A DNA stretch of 64,000 nt from Candidatus Binatia bacterium (GTDB taxonomy: Bacteria; Desulfobacterota; Binatia; UBA12015), in NCBI GenBank assembly GCA_029248525.1, contig JAQWJE010000014.1, positions 139,561-203,560 on the forward strand, given 5' to 3'. The position numbers and the translations under genes were made by a program. Every line of letters starts with the position of its first letter. The first letter of the stretch is position 1. This document shows positions 28,187-39,115 of the stretch, in pieces. Under the pieces are notes generated by a model that was not told the origin of the DNA, made no database searches, and worked only from the letters and a program-made list of their open reading frames with translations.

Positions 28187-28792
28187 CTACATATCGCGTC
28201 GACCCGAAAGCGAGCGGGACAGCGTCATGGCGTCGCTGTACTCGACATCGCCTCCCATGGGCAGCCCCATGGCAATACGCGTGACCCGAATATCGGCCTC
28301 GGATTTGAGCTGTCGGGAGATCCACAAGGCCGTCGCTTCCCCTTCCGCGCTCGGATTTGTGGCGACGATGACCTCCCGGATTTCGCCGGAGCGGGCTCGC
28401 TCGATCAGCTCCGCACAGCGCAGATGCTCCGGCCCAACGCCTTCGAGGGGAGAAAGGGCTCCCCCCAGAACGTGATAGAGGCCTCGATATTCCCGGGCTC
28501 TCTCGAACGCCATCATATCGGCCGGCTCCTCAACCACGCAAACCTCATGCTTATCCCTCCGCGGGTCCGCGCAAACGCCGCACGGGTCGGTCTCGGTCAA
28601 ACCGAAGCACATCGAGCAAAAGCGACTTTGTTCCTTCACGTCGAGCAAGGCCGCTGCCAAACTCGCCGCAAACCCATGCTCCTCACGAAGGGTAAAAAAA
28701 GCGAGACGCGTCGCCGTCTTTTCACCGACGCCGGGAAGCTTCTTGAGCTCTTCGACCAGCCTCTGCATCGAGGGGGTTAGCGCAGACGACAT
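28187..28792 (-). CDS. recR: Recombination mediator RecR
   Basis: LPGVGEKTATRLA, C4 zinc finger, YHVLGG, TNPSAEGEATA. Confidence 0.97.
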   Translation of the reverse strand: MSSALTPSMQRLVEELKKLPGVGEKTATRLAFFTLREEHGFAASLAAALLDVKEQSRFCSMCFGLTETDPCGVCADPRRDKHEVCVVEEPADMMAFERAREYRGLYHVLGGALSPLEGVGPEHLRCAELIERARSGEIREVIVATNPSAEGEATALWISRQLKSEADIRVTRIAMGLPMGGDVEYSDAMTLSRSLSGRRDM

Positions 28793-28808
28793 CGAACCCG
28801 ATTCCTGC

Positions 28809-29138
28809 TCAACCGAACCCCGGCAGTGAAATTCCGCCAGTCAGTTGCGTCATTTCGTCGGCCATCATCTTCTGGGCCTTGCGAATCGCATCGTTCACGC
28901 CCGCAGCTACAAGATCCTGCAGCATCTCGCGATCGTCGTCCGCGTATACGCTATCTTCGATCGTGATCCTGCGGATCTCCAACTTTCCGGAAACCTCTAC
29001 CCGCACCATGCCACCGCCTGCGGTACCCTCAACCGTGCGCGCACCCACCTCTTCCTGCATTGCCTGCAAGCGATCCTGCATGGTCCGCGCCTGCTCGAGA
29101 ATATTTCCCATCCCGCCCAGATCAAAAGGTTTGGCCAT
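28809..29138 (-). CDS. ybaB: YbaB/EbfC nucleoid-associated protein
   Basis: G.AGGGMV.V, EMLQDLVAAG.NDA; between dnaX and recR. Confidence 0.95.
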   Translation of the reverse strand: MAKPFDLGGMGNILEQARTMQDRLQAMQEEVGARTVEGTAGGGMVRVEVSGKLEIRRITIEDSVYADDDREMLQDLVAAGVNDAIRKAQKMMADEMTQLTGGISLPGFG

Positions 29139-29144
29139 CGCTCC

Positions 29145-31094
29145 CTACTCCCCGCGTTTCTCTCGAGGCAATACAGCCTCGATTTTTCCGTCCAGCAATT
29201 CCAGTCCCAACTTCACGACCGGATCTTGCCGAGCTTCCTTTTCCAGATCGGCCACACGCGGCACTGCCCCCGATTCTTCAAGGACGACCGGCGAAAATCG
29301 GAGAGACTTCCCGAAAGCGTTGGCAATCGCCTTCTCGATATCGGCGCGGACTTCCGGGTTGGTCAGTGCCGTCACCGCATCCTGTCCGGTAACTCCGACT
29401 TTCAATTCACCCTCGGCCACCTCAAGAAGGCGGCTGTAGGATAGCCGGAAAAAGCGCGAAGCCTTTTCCTTCTGGAGCGAATCCACCACACCCTTCCAGC
29501 GAGGTTGCTCGGGCGAAGCCTTTGCTGCCTCCGGAGGCGAACCCGAAGCTCGCGCGTTCGGCGCCTGAGACGCCCGCGAAGCCGCGCCCGTCTGAGGCGG
29601 CGTTCCGGCAGACGGCGGCGGCGCTTTGGCTACCGTGGCGCCATTGCCACTGCCCGTGGGTTTGCCGCTCTGCGCAGGCTCGGTCCTCGCGGCTGTTCCA
29701 CCGGAACCCGTCGGAGATGCGGTCCTCGTTCCAGCAGAACGATTCGACGGCCGGTCCGCATCGGCCCGGCCGTCGCCGGCGACAGCACCGCGACCGCCCG
29801 CGCTCGCTTTAGCGCGTCCGCCAGCCTGACCGCTCCCACCAATTTGGCCACCGCCACCAGAGGCAAGTTTTTCAAGCCGTGCGACAAGCTCATCGACCGG
29901 AACCATCTCGGCCAGAGTCGCCATCTCCACAAGCGCCATCTCAAGAACCAGTCGGGGCGCAGCTGTTCGACCCAATTCCTCCTGCCCACGCAGCAAGATG
30001 CGGAACCACCGCTGGAGATCGTCCGCCGGGATTTCCCTCGCCATCTCCTCCAGTGCCGCGATTTCCGGCGGACTGAGGTCCACAAGAGTCGCCGCCGAGG
30101 CAACTTTGAGCACGGTCAGATGGCGAAGCTCCTCGAGCAAGTCGAGAGCGAACCGCGCCAGATCCGCGCCTTGACCGACCAGATCATCCACCACCCCAAG
30201 GACCGTCGCCGCATCACGCGACTGCAGGGCGGCCACCACCGCTCGCAACGCTTCCCGATCCGGGATTCCGAGGGCGGCATGAACCATCGAGGGATCGATA
30301 TGACCGGCGCCATAGGCCAGAACCTGTTCCAGAAGAGACGTCGCATCGCGCAAGCTACCCCCGGACTCTCGGGCGAGGATCGCCAGAGCCGATTCATCCG
30401 CACTCTTCCCTTCACCTTCGACCATTGCCGCCAACGCACCGATAACCTCGACAACCGAAACCGAGCGAAAATCGTAACGCTGACAGCGCGAGAGGATCGT
30501 GGAGGTGAGCTTTTGCGGTGCCGTCGTCGCCAGAATGAATTTGGCATGCGGCGGTGGCTCCTCGAGGGTCTTGAGGAACGCGTCCACTGCCTGTCGGGAC
30601 AAGCCATGCGCTTCGTCAATGATATAGACACGGAAGCGCCCCGCGGCTGGCTGGTACTTGACGGTTTCCAGAAGTTCGCGAGTGGCATCGATGCCGGTCT
30701 GCGAAGCTGCATCCACCTCGAAGACATCCAGCGAACGCCCCTCGGTGATCTCCACGCAATGCTCGCAGATATTGCAGGGTGTCGAGGTCGGCCCTTCGGC
30801 GCAATTCAAAGCCTTCGCGAGGATCCGGGCCGTGGTCGTCTTGCCAACACCGCGCATTCCGCTGAAGACAAAGGCGTGGCCCAACCGGCCTCCGTCGACG
30901 GCATTCGCCAGAGTTTGGGTCACATGATCTTGCCCCACCACCTCGGCGAAGAGCTGGGGGCGAGACCGTCTGGCCAGAACCTCATAGGGCTCTGCTGCGG
31001 AGGAAACCGCCTTTCCGGTCTTGCCCGGACTTCGCTTGGAACCTCCAGCGGACCTTTCGAGAACGTCAGTGATAGCTAGGCACCCCCGCGGCAC
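29145..31094 (-). CDS. dnaX: DNA polymerase III subunit gamma/tau (start codon uncertain)
   Basis: Y.VLARR.RP, GMRGVGKTT Walker A, CxxC zinc site, IIDEAH, LKTLEEPP, SRC. Confidence 0.95.
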   Translation of the reverse strand: MPRGCLAITDVLERSAGGSKRSPGKTGKAVSSAAEPYEVLARRSRPQLFAEVVGQDHVTQTLANAVDGGRLGHAFVFSGMRGVGKTTTARILAKALNCAEGPTSTPCNICEHCVEITEGRSLDVFEVDAASQTGIDATRELLETVKYQPAAGRFRVYIIDEAHGLSRQAVDAFLKTLEEPPPHAKFILATTAPQKLTSTILSRCQRYDFRSVSVVEVIGALAAMVEGEGKSADESALAILARESGGSLRDATSLLEQVLAYGAGHIDPSMVHAALGIPDREALRAVVAALQSRDAATVLGVVDDLVGQGADLARFALDLLEELRHLTVLKVASAATLVDLSPPEIAALEEMAREIPADDLQRWFRILLRGQEELGRTAAPRLVLEMALVEMATLAEMVPVDELVARLEKLASGGGGQIGGSGQAGGRAKASAGGRGAVAGDGRADADRPSNRSAGTRTASPTGSGGTAARTEPAQSGKPTGSGNGATVAKAPPPSAGTPPQTGAASRASQAPNARASGSPPEAAKASPEQPRWKGVVDSLQKEKASRFFRLSYSRLLEVAEGELKVGVTGQDAVTALTNPEVRADIEKAIANAFGKSLRFSPVVLEESGAVPRVADLEKEARQDPVVKLGLELLDGKIEAVLPREKRGE

Positions 31095-31180
31095 AGAGAA
31101 ATTATCGGTACCGTTGCTCCCTTCCGGGCCTGGCGGAATTCGCGATCCTCTCTTGCGCAGGACCTAGCTATCACTGGCGT
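31063..31180 (-). ncRNA. ffs: Signal recognition particle 4.5S RNA
   Basis: Domain IV motif CAGGCCCGGAAGGGAGCA; long closing stem ACGCCAGTGATAGCTAGG/CCTAGCTATCACTGACGT; upstream of dnaX; exact ends approximate. Confidence 0.92.
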
Positions 31181-31241
31181 GCCCGACCTTGCATCGGCCA
31201 TGAGTACCGTACTACCGACGCTCCAACCGCCGCGCAACCGC

Positions 31242-31850
31242 TCAACCATCTGCATCACGAAGAGCCTGCCATTTTCGGAAAAAACGTACGTGATACGCGA
31301 CCCCGGACCAAACAGCCAAAATCATCGCGATCCAGAGAAAGCACATCCCGGCAGCGAAAAAATCGAGTGGACCATAGGTGTAGTGAACCATCAAGCTGAA
31401 CAGCGCCACGACCTCCATGACCGTCTTGGCCTTGCCCAGAGACTCCGCCTCGAGAACGACACCTTCCTCGCGCGCGATTGCGCGCAAACCGGTCACCGCA
31501 ACCTCGCGTGACGCGATGACCGCCACCATCCACGCGGGTACCGCGAGGTCCCGAGGCATCGCTGCCAACATGATATAGCCGCTCACAATCAGGATTTTGT
31601 CTGCCAGCGGGTCCAGAAATTTTCCGAGGTTGGTGATAATCCCGTCTCGGCGCGCAAGATACCCATCCAGCCAATCGCTCAGACAAGCGAGAAAAAAGAG
31701 AATGGCCACCACCGCGGACACTGTTGGGCCCGGAAAAGTCAGCAACCAGATCATCAGCGGGGTGAACGCAACTCGGCCCAGAGAGAGCAAATTAGGCGTG
31801 CTCCACAAGTCGTTAGCCAGGCTTGAGCTGTCTTTTGTCGGGTCGGACAT
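31242..31850 (-). CDS. pgsA: CDP-diacylglycerol--glycerol-3-phosphate 3-phosphatidyltransferase
   Basis: PNLLS..R, DWLDGYLAR...T.LGKFLDPLADK, RE..VTGLR, GKAKT. Confidence 0.95.
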   Translation of the reverse strand: MSDPTKDSSSLANDLWSTPNLLSLGRVAFTPLMIWLLTFPGPTVSAVVAILFFLACLSDWLDGYLARRDGIITNLGKFLDPLADKILIVSGYIMLAAMPRDLAVPAWMVAVIASREVAVTGLRAIAREEGVVLEAESLGKAKTVMEVVALFSLMVHYTYGPLDFFAAGMCFLWIAMILAVWSGVAYHVRFFRKWQALRDADG

Positions 31851-31859
31851 GGTTCTCTT

Positions 31860-32618
31860 TCAGGATTCCGGAATCTTCCGCTTTTCTACCATATGGGGAA
31901 GCTTTTCGCGCGAACGCAGGTATTCCTGCCGGTAGGCGCCAACCCGCTCGACATAGGAGCGGGTCTCCGGAAAAGGCGGAATCCCTCCGTGCTTCTCGAC
32001 CGCGGTCGGCCCGGCATTAAACGCCGCCAACGCCAGAGTCGCGTCCCCGCCGAAGCGATGCAGGAGGCGGCGGAAATAAAGCGCTCCACCCTCCAGGTTC
32101 TGCTTTGGATGAAAGACGTCCCGGACGCCGAGCGAACGTGCGGTCTCCGGCATCAACTGCATCAGCCCTTTCGCTCCTGCGCGAGAGACAGCCTGCGGAT
32201 CGTACCCTGACTCGGCTCGCACGATTGCCGTGAGGAGCGCCATTTCGATGCGGTAACGAATCGCAGTTTCCTCAATCATGCGAACGAGAGTGGGAGGCGG
32301 CACTGCCACAGCACGGACCCTGCCGCGCTTCGCCACGTCCCCGCGGCTGGGACCATTTACCCTCGCCCTCGCCTCGGGAGAAGAACCGTTCCGGGGCGGC
32401 GGGGAGGCCGTCACCCCCAAGTCGGTGCCTGAGTCGTTCCCCGAATCTTCCGGAAGACGCTCTCCCGGCCGGACTCGATTGAACCGATGGTCGGTGGGGG
32501 CATTCGAAAAATGGAGCACGCCATTGGGATCGCGGTAGCGAAAGATCTCGCCGGCCAGAGCCTCAAGCGATGGAGCCGCTCCTACCCATACCGCCCCGCA
32601 AAAAACGAGGCGGAGCAT
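31860..32618 (-). CDS. Lytic transglycosylase (SLT) with N-terminal DUF4124-like domain
   Basis: YRDPNGVLHFSNAP; AESG, GAKGLMQLMP, AAFNAG, IPPFPET..YV; start uncertain. Confidence 0.88.
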   Translation of the reverse strand: MLRLVFCGAVWVGAAPSLEALAGEIFRYRDPNGVLHFSNAPTDHRFNRVRPGERLPEDSGNDSGTDLGVTASPPPRNGSSPEARARVNGPSRGDVAKRGRVRAVAVPPPTLVRMIEETAIRYRIEMALLTAIVRAESGYDPQAVSRAGAKGLMQLMPETARSLGVRDVFHPKQNLEGGALYFRRLLHRFGGDATLALAAFNAGPTAVEKHGGIPPFPETRSYVERVGAYRQEYLRSREKLPHMVEKRKIPES

Positions 32619-32740
32619 ATTTCTACCGAGCCGAGACACAGCCCTGACACCACCTCCTCCGGAAGGCTTTGTCAAAGGCTGGATAGAGTCCGCCACATTC
32701 GGTCCTTGCGAGCAGCTATTTCTGCACCTAGGCTTTTGGC

Positions 32741-34405
32741 ATGGGAGAGGAGCAATCAGGCCCCGGGTCTGAAACCCGGCGAGATTTTGACTTTCTCGTG
32801 ATTGGCAGCGGGATCGCGGGATTGAGCTTCGCATTGACCGCAGCGGAGCGCGGTGAGGTTGCTGTCGTCACAAAGGCCAATCTGCCCGAAGGTTCCTCGC
32901 AATACGCTCAGGGAGGCGTGGCTTCCGTCTGGAGCCCTGACGACTCCTACGACGAGCATGCGCGAGATACCGCCGGAGCGGGTGCGGGACTTTGCCACGG
33001 CGATATCGTCGATATCGTCGTCAGGGAGGGCCCGGATCGAGTTCGTGAAATGATCGCCTACGGCACTCGATTTGATCTTCGCCCTGACGCCGAAAACGAG
33101 TTCGATGTGGATCTGAGCCTGGAGGGCGGACACTCCCGACGCCGCATCCTCCACGCCGTGGACGCCACCGGTCAGGAAATGATGCGTGCGCTTGTCGAAC
33201 GCGTCCTCGCTCATCCGAGAATCCAGATCTTCGAGCAGACCCTCGCCATCGACCTTCTTATGTCGAGCAAATTCAAGATCGAGGGACCGGAGCGCTGTCT
33301 GGGCGCGTACGTGCTCGATACCTCCTCCGGATCGATTCATACCTATACGGCCGGCGCTACACTGATCGCGACAGGTGGCGCAGGCAAAGCCTATCTCTAC
33401 ACCAGTAACCCCGACGTCGCGACAGGCGATGGCATCGCCATGGCCTACCGAGCAGGCGTGCCGATCGGGAACATGGAGTTCATCCAGTTTCATCCGACCT
33501 GCCTTTTTCATCCGCAAGCCAAGTCCTTTCTCATCAGCGAAACAGTGCGAGGTGAAGGCGGTGTGTTGGTCCGCCCGGATGGCTCCTCCTTCATGACCGA
33601 CTACGACAAGCGGGGCGAACTCGCGCCGCGCGACATTGTTGCACGCGCGATCGACAGTGAAATGAAGGCGCACGGCTTCGACAACGTCTTCCTCGACATC
33701 ACGTCGTGTTCCGAAGCCTACCTCCTCGAACGCTTTCCGACGATCGTCAACCGCTGCCGCTCTTTCGGCATCGACCCGGCCACCGAACCGATACCGGTGG
33801 TCCCCGCGGCCCATTATACCTGTGGCGGAATCCTGACCAACGACGTCGGCGCGACCTCCTTGCAGGGACTCTATGCCGCGGGCGAAGCTGCCATGACGGG
33901 ACTTCATGGTGCCAATCGGCTTGCTTCGAACTCGCTCCTCGAGGGGCTCGTCTTCGGCCACCGCGCGGCAACCGATGCCGCGGAGGCCAGCGCCGCGACG
34001 CCGACTCGAAATCTTCCGATTCCGGACTGGAATCCCGGGGGCTCCCACCCACGCGACGAAGAAGTTCTGGTCAGCCAGACATGGGACGAGATTCGGCGTC
34101 TGATGTGGAACTACGTCGGAATCGTCAGAAGTAATCGCCGTCTGGCGCGCGCCCGCGCGCGAATGGACCTGGCCCTCGCAGAGATTCGTTCGGATTATTG
34201 GTCATTTCACCCGACCGCCGGATCCATCGAGCTCCGTAATCTCGCCATGGTGGCCGACCTGATTATCGCCTCGGCGGCTCTGCGTCGCGAAAGTCGAGGC
34301 CTGCACTTCAACACCGATTTCCCGCATCGCGACGACGCGGTTTGGGCTCGTGATTCGATTTTGGTTCGGAGTCCATCCACCCATCGCCCTGTACCCAGCA
34401 CCTGA
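32741..34405 (+). CDS. nadB: L-aspartate oxidase
   Basis: GSGIAG, S..AQGG, EGGHSRRRILH, QFHPT, ELAPRD, GLHGANRLASNSLLE, ESRGLH. Confidence 0.96.
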   Translation: MGEEQSGPGSETRRDFDFLVIGSGIAGLSFALTAAERGEVAVVTKANLPEGSSQYAQGGVASVWSPDDSYDEHARDTAGAGAGLCHGDIVDIVVREGPDRVREMIAYGTRFDLRPDAENEFDVDLSLEGGHSRRRILHAVDATGQEMMRALVERVLAHPRIQIFEQTLAIDLLMSSKFKIEGPERCLGAYVLDTSSGSIHTYTAGATLIATGGAGKAYLYTSNPDVATGDGIAMAYRAGVPIGNMEFIQFHPTCLFHPQAKSFLISETVRGEGGVLVRPDGSSFMTDYDKRGELAPRDIVARAIDSEMKAHGFDNVFLDITSCSEAYLLERFPTIVNRCRSFGIDPATEPIPVVPAAHYTCGGILTNDVGATSLQGLYAAGEAAMTGLHGANRLASNSLLEGLVFGHRAATDAAEASAATPTRNLPIPDWNPGGSHPRDEEVLVSQTWDEIRRLMWNYVGIVRSNRRLARARARMDLALAEIRSDYWSFHPTAGSIELRNLAMVADLIIASAALRRESRGLHFNTDFPHRDDAVWARDSILVRSPSTHRPVPST

Positions 34406-34453
34406 GCTACGTCGGCTCTTTACCGCGAGCGCGGTACCGCATACAGGAGGAGC

Positions 34454-35674
34454 GTGACTTCCAGCGACGAGCTCTACTTCGACCCCTTCACTGACGAGAA
34501 CCTGCAGGACCCGCATCCGATCTACCAGCGGCTGCGCGCGGAAGATCCGATCCACTGGAGCCCGAAGCTGCGAGCCTGGCTGGTCACCCGCCACGAAGAC
34601 GCCCGTCGTTTTTTCCAGGACGATGCCTGCCTGAGTGCCGACAGAGGCAAAGTCAGTCGCAAGCAGGCGACCAGCGTGGAGATGAAACCGGGCACAAAAA
34701 TTCGTACCATCTCGCTCGACCCGCCCGAACAACTGCCGATGCGGGCGATGATGACCTCTGCGCTGACGCCGGCCATGCGGGCGATGCCTCCGCAAATTGA
34801 GCAGCTCATCGAACTTCTTCTCGAGCGCATAGAAACCGCGACGACGACCGCCGCCGAACGTCTGGAAACCGACAACCCTGTCGACCTAGTGACGGAACTG
34901 GCCTACCCCTTGCCTATCGGCATCATCACGGAGCTTTTCGGAATTCCGGAAAAGGACCGTAACGAATTTCGAGCGGTCGCCGATGAAATCGCTCGGGGAA
35001 TGGATCAGTTCTTCTCGAGCAAGACAGTCGGCGAGAAGCTTCGGGAAATCGGTGGCTATATCGGTGGTCTGGTCGCGGAGAGACGAGCGCATTGTGAAAC
35101 CGATCTGATCTCCCGGCTTTGCGAAGTTGAGCACGATGGGGATTCGCTGGACGATATCGAGATCATTGCGATGGCGACAGCTCTGGTTTTCGGCGGCTAT
35201 GAGACAACCGCGAATCTGATCTCAAATGGAATGCTGGCCCTGCTGGAGCATCCGGAGCAACGAGCCCTGCTTGAGGAGGACTACTCCAGAGCGCCCGCCG
35301 CGATCGAGGAAATGTTGCGTTTCGACACGCCGCCTCAAGCCATCTCGCGCACCGCAGCCAAGGACTTTATCTGGCACGGCAAGTCGATCGCCCGGGGCGA
35401 CCTTGTCCTCGGATGCCTCGGCGCAGCGAACCGCGATACAGCGATCTTCCGCGACCCCGACACCTTCGACATCCGGCGCGAACCCAACCCGCATATCGCC
35501 TTCGGACTCGGCGCTCATTTCTGCCCGGGTGCACAACTCAGCCGCCTCGAAGGGCGCGCCGCAATTCCGGCTCTTCTGCAACGCTTCCCCGGCCTCCAGC
35601 TTGCCGGCGCGCCTACGCGACGCCGCACTTTCGTATTGCGCGGGTTGGAGCATTTACCCGTGCGCCTGCGCTAG
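34454..35674 (+). CDS. Cytochrome P450
   Basis: GGYETT I-helix, EEMLR (ExxR), AANRD, FGLGAHFCPG heme ligand; AGGAGG RBS. Confidence 0.95.
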   Translation: MTSSDELYFDPFTDENLQDPHPIYQRLRAEDPIHWSPKLRAWLVTRHEDARRFFQDDACLSADRGKVSRKQATSVEMKPGTKIRTISLDPPEQLPMRAMMTSALTPAMRAMPPQIEQLIELLLERIETATTTAAERLETDNPVDLVTELAYPLPIGIITELFGIPEKDRNEFRAVADEIARGMDQFFSSKTVGEKLREIGGYIGGLVAERRAHCETDLISRLCEVEHDGDSLDDIEIIAMATALVFGGYETTANLISNGMLALLEHPEQRALLEEDYSRAPAAIEEMLRFDTPPQAISRTAAKDFIWHGKSIARGDLVLGCLGAANRDTAIFRDPDTFDIRREPNPHIAFGLGAHFCPGAQLSRLEGRAAIPALLQRFPGLQLAGAPTRRRTFVLRGLEHLPVRLR

Positions 35675-35717
35675 CGATCCCGGGCACTCAACTCGAACCC
35701 GGACGCAGACACAAAAC

Positions 35718-37160
35718 TCAAGGCGTGCGAATTGCCGCGGCGTCGAAGAGGCCAAGTTGCCGAGTCTCGGCGGACTCGTCAACGGCAACCGGGTAACGGT
35801 TCGTGAAGCAGGCATCGCAATATGTCGATTTATTCTCGGGCTGATCTTCGAAGGCGTAAAGACCCTCGTCCGACAGATAGGACAGCGTGTCCGCACCGAT
35901 TGCCTGGCGAATCTCCTCGACCGACTTCGACGCACCAACGAGCTCCGACGTCGTCGGTGTATCTACCCCGTAGTAACAAGGTCGGATGGTCGGTGGAGAG
36001 CAGATCCGCATATGCACCTCAGCTGCACCCGCGTTCCGCATCATGGTCACGATCTTCTTGCTCGTCGTTCCCCGCACCAGAGAATCATCCACTACGACGA
36101 CTCGCTTGCCGCGCAAAACCTCGGAGACCGCATTCAGTTTCACGCGGACGCCGAAGTGACGGATGGAATCGGACGGCTCGATAAAGGTGCGTCCCACATA
36201 GTGATTCCGAATCAAACCCAGTTCGTAAGGAATCCCTGATTGCTGAGCGTAGCCCAACGCGGCAGGCACCCCCGAGTCAGGAACTGGCGTGACGACATCC
36301 GCGTCGACCAGACTTTCACGAGCGAGTTGCCGCCCCAATTCGCGTCGCACATTATAGACCGTCCGACCAAAAACCTGACTGTCCGGGCGTGCGAAGTAGA
36401 CGTATTCAAAAACACAGCGACGTGGTTCGACAACTTCGAGCGGCTTCATCGAGCGCATCCCCGAATCGTCGATCACGATCACCTCTCCTGGCTCGACCTC
36501 GCGAACATACTCGGCGTTGATCAAGTCCAGCGCGCAAGTTTCAGAGACCACAACATAGGTGCCCTTGTCGCGGATCCGACCGAGAACCAGGGGCCGGAAC
36601 CCATAAGGGTCTCGCACCGCAATCAGCTGGTCCCGCGCCAGAAAGACGATCGAGTAGGCGCCGCGGACGTGTTTCAGAGCGTCCACCACGCGATCGAGGA
36701 GAGGTCCTTTTTCACTCTGCGCGATCAGGTGAATCACGACTTCCGTGTCGGAGTTGGATTGAAAGATCGATCCGCGCCGCTCCAGTTCCGCACGCAGCTC
36801 GACGGCGTTGACGAGATTTCCATTATGAGCCACCGCGAGTGGCCCTCCGGCATACTCGACCACCAGCGGCTGGGCGTTTTTAAGAACAGTTTCGCCATGG
36901 GTGGCGTAGCGATTGTGTCCAATCGCCGATGTCCCCTCGAGGCGCCGAATCATCTCCGGGTGGAAAATATCAGCGACCAGGCCGAGACCTCGATGCGAGA
37001 TCAAAGCGTCGCCGCGCGACGAGACGATTCCGGCCGACTCCTGCCCCCGGTGTTGCAGGGCATAGAGGGCCAAATAGGCGAGGTTTGCGGCCTCCGGATG
37101 ACCGAAAACGCCTACAACGCCGCATTCTTCGTGAAAGCGATCTTCATCCGATGCGAACAT
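35718..37160 (-). CDS. purF: Amidophosphoribosyltransferase
   Basis: Propeptide + [28 protein letters not shown], Fe-S Cys (CYYG, CDAC). Confidence 0.97.
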   Translation of the reverse strand: MFASDEDRFHEECGVVGVFGHPEAANLAYLALYALQHRGQESAGIVSSRGDALISHRGLGLVADIFHPEMIRRLEGTSAIGHNRYATHGETVLKNAQPLVVEYAGGPLAVAHNGNLVNAVELRAELERRGSIFQSNSDTEVVIHLIAQSEKGPLLDRVVDALKHVRGAYSIVFLARDQLIAVRDPYGFRPLVLGRIRDKGTYVVVSETCALDLINAEYVREVEPGEVIVIDDSGMRSMKPLEVVEPRRCVFEYVYFARPDSQVFGRTVYNVRRELGRQLARESLVDADVVTPVPDSGVPAALGYAQQSGIPYELGLIRNHYVGRTFIEPSDSIRHFGVRVKLNAVSEVLRGKRVVVVDDSLVRGTTSKKIVTMMRNAGAAEVHMRICSPPTIRPCYYGVDTPTTSELVGASKSVEEIRQAIGADTLSYLSDEGLYAFEDQPENKSTYCDACFTNRYPVAVDESAETRQLGLFDAAAIRTP

Positions 37161-37171
37161 GATTCTCCGTT

Positions 37172-39115
37172 TCAGGCTGCTCCGTCACTGCTTCCATGCC
37201 ACGCCCGACGCAACGATTCCAGCGCGAGACGCAATTGGCCTTCGATTTCGAGTCGATCACCGCCAATTTCTCCGATGACACGCAGTGGAACCTCCGCGCG
37301 GAGAGCTCTCTCCTTGAACAAGGGGAGGTCCTCGGAGGCTACGCTCGCAAGAATTCGGGAGGGACTTTCGCCGAAAAGCCATGCCTCCGGCCGCAGAGAC
37401 TCCTCAGCCTGGCCCCGGAGTCCGAAAAGCGGCCCCGTGGCCTCATCGACACCGCAGGCATGCAGAACGCCCCTCATCAGTCCCCCGGCATTTAAACTGA
37501 GGGCACTTTGCAGCAGACCAGCTTCGCCCGATTTCCGGACCATATCCTGAAGCCGACGCTCCGAGCCGAGATCCACCCACGGCGGCACACCGTGGGAGCC
37601 TCCTCGAAAATGGACGTCATGGAGGCTCCCCCCCATTTCCTCGCGGGTCTGGCCCAAAAGGACCGCGAGATGACCATCCTGCCGGAAGCCCGACGGGACC
37701 AAATGGGTTGCCGTTGGCCGCCCGAGCGCCACCACCGCCGGCACTGACGCCCCAGCGCCTGCGGCCGTGGCCATTTCTATTGTGGTGCCCAGCGCGTCGG
37801 CGGCATGTCGGAGCCCCTCGTATACGAGATCGGCACCCGGTTCCTTCTCCCCCGGAAGGGTCAGCAAAAGCCCAAGAGGCTCAGCGCCCGCTGCTGCCAG
37901 TCCGCGAGTGACCCGACAAACGGCGAGACACGCGCCGATATAGGGGTCGAGGGAGCTGAAAGGCTGCGCCGAACCAACCGCCAGTGCGAGGAGGTCACGT
38001 CGTGCGCCGAGACGAAGCACGGCGACATCTCCGGCGAGATCGGGCAGTCCCTCAGATGCGCTCCCTCGCGAAGCTCTTCCCCGGGGTGACACTTCTCGGA
38101 AATCAGTCATCAACTCGAGGAGTGCGGCCTCCTGATCTTCGAATATCTCCGCCACCGGGGGCTGCCCGTGCTGCGGCAATACAAACTCGGGAGGTTTCTG
38201 GTCGCGACGGATCTCCTCGGGCCTCAGTCGCAGGGTCGCTCCCTCGGGCATGGGCAGGTCCAGCAGACGTTCGCCGCTGATGGCTCCGACCTCCCCCACC
38301 GTGACCTCTCCCGGCAGGGCCTCGACGAGACTCGTCTCCCCGCGGGCCGACACAAGAAAATCACCGGGCGCCTCACGCAACAAGGAGGAAATATCGGTCC
38401 GACCAGCGAAAAGCCGCAATCCAAGACCGGTGGTTTCCAACCAATCTGCCGCGGCCAGCAAACTTCCGTTTCGGCACGAACCGAACCAGGAAAGAATCTC
38501 CTGATCGACGGCATTACGAAGAGCCTGTCCCAGCGTGAGAATCCTCTCCGCATAGGATTCCGCCGAAACCTCAGGCAGCGAAATTCGAAAAACGGAATCA
38601 CCCACTCGGCCTCGACTCTCGTGATCTCGCCTCGGGACACGTGGTAGAACCCCCACGACGACAAGAACAAGCGTATCTTGTGGCGCGGGACTGCGCCCAC
38701 ACTCCCCGCCGCAAACCTCCAGGCCCAACTCTTCGGCGTGACGGGCGATCGACCCGCGCAACGCTCCGGCCTGACCAGAATCGGTCTGATTCTCGCTCCC
38801 CGCCGCCAATTGAACGCTATCCATCAGGGCGACAGGCTCCGCGCCGCGCGCCCTCAGCTCCAGACTTAACGAGCCGAGCAAGGCGGCGACCCCCGAACCC
38901 TCTGCCGGCAGAACCAACGCCCCCTGCGCCACCAGAACACGGCCACCCTGATCAAGACGAAACCCGCTCTCCGTGAACGAACCCCGTGCCTCACAACTCG
39001 CATTCTCCATCCACTGACGTCGACCGCGGGCGACCAGACAGTCTCGGTAGAGAAGTTCCTTGGTCGGGGCCTCCCCGTCGTTCGCCCGCTCCGGCTCAAT
39101 ATCGAGCGAGCTCAA
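37172..39115 (-). CDS. Degenerate PurL-like (FGAM synthase/AIR-synthase fold) protein lacking catalytic motifs
   Basis: Recognisable PurL remnants ([45 protein letters not shown]) and position directly upstream of purF; SEHC, ESHNHP and QDxGAxG motifs absent. Confidence 0.75.
   Translation of the reverse strand: MSSLDIEPERANDGEAPTKELLYRDCLVARGRRQWMENASCEARGSFTESGFRLDQGGRVLVAQGALVLPAEGSGVAALLGSLSLELRARGAEPVALMDSVQLAAGSENQTDSGQAGALRGSIARHAEELGLEVCGGECGRSPAPQDTLVLVVVGVLPRVPRRDHESRGRVGDSVFRISLPEVSAESYAERILTLGQALRNAVDQEILSWFGSCRNGSLLAAADWLETTGLGLRLFAGRTDISSLLREAPGDFLVSARGETSLVEALPGEVTVGEVGAISGERLLDLPMPEGATLRLRPEEIRRDQKPPEFVLPQHGQPPVAEIFEDQEAALLELMTDFREVSPRGRASRGSASEGLPDLAGDVAVLRLGARRDLLALAVGSAQPFSSLDPYIGACLAVCRVTRGLAAAGAEPLGLLLTLPGEKEPGADLVYEGLRHAADALGTTIEMATAAGAGASVPAVVALGRPTATHLVPSGFRQDGHLAVLLGQTREEMGGSLHDVHFRGGSHGVPPWVDLGSERRLQDMVRKSGEAGLLQSALSLNAGGLMRGVLHACGVDEATGPLFGLRGQAEESLRPEAWLFGESPSRILASVASEDLPLFKERALRAEVPLRVIGEIGGDRLEIEGQLRLALESLRRAWHGSSDGAA

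Noticed and set aside
29145..30100. Programmed -1 frameshift or slippage site in dnaX
   Set aside because: No A AAA AAG heptamer or long A run found; the best run noticed is five A.
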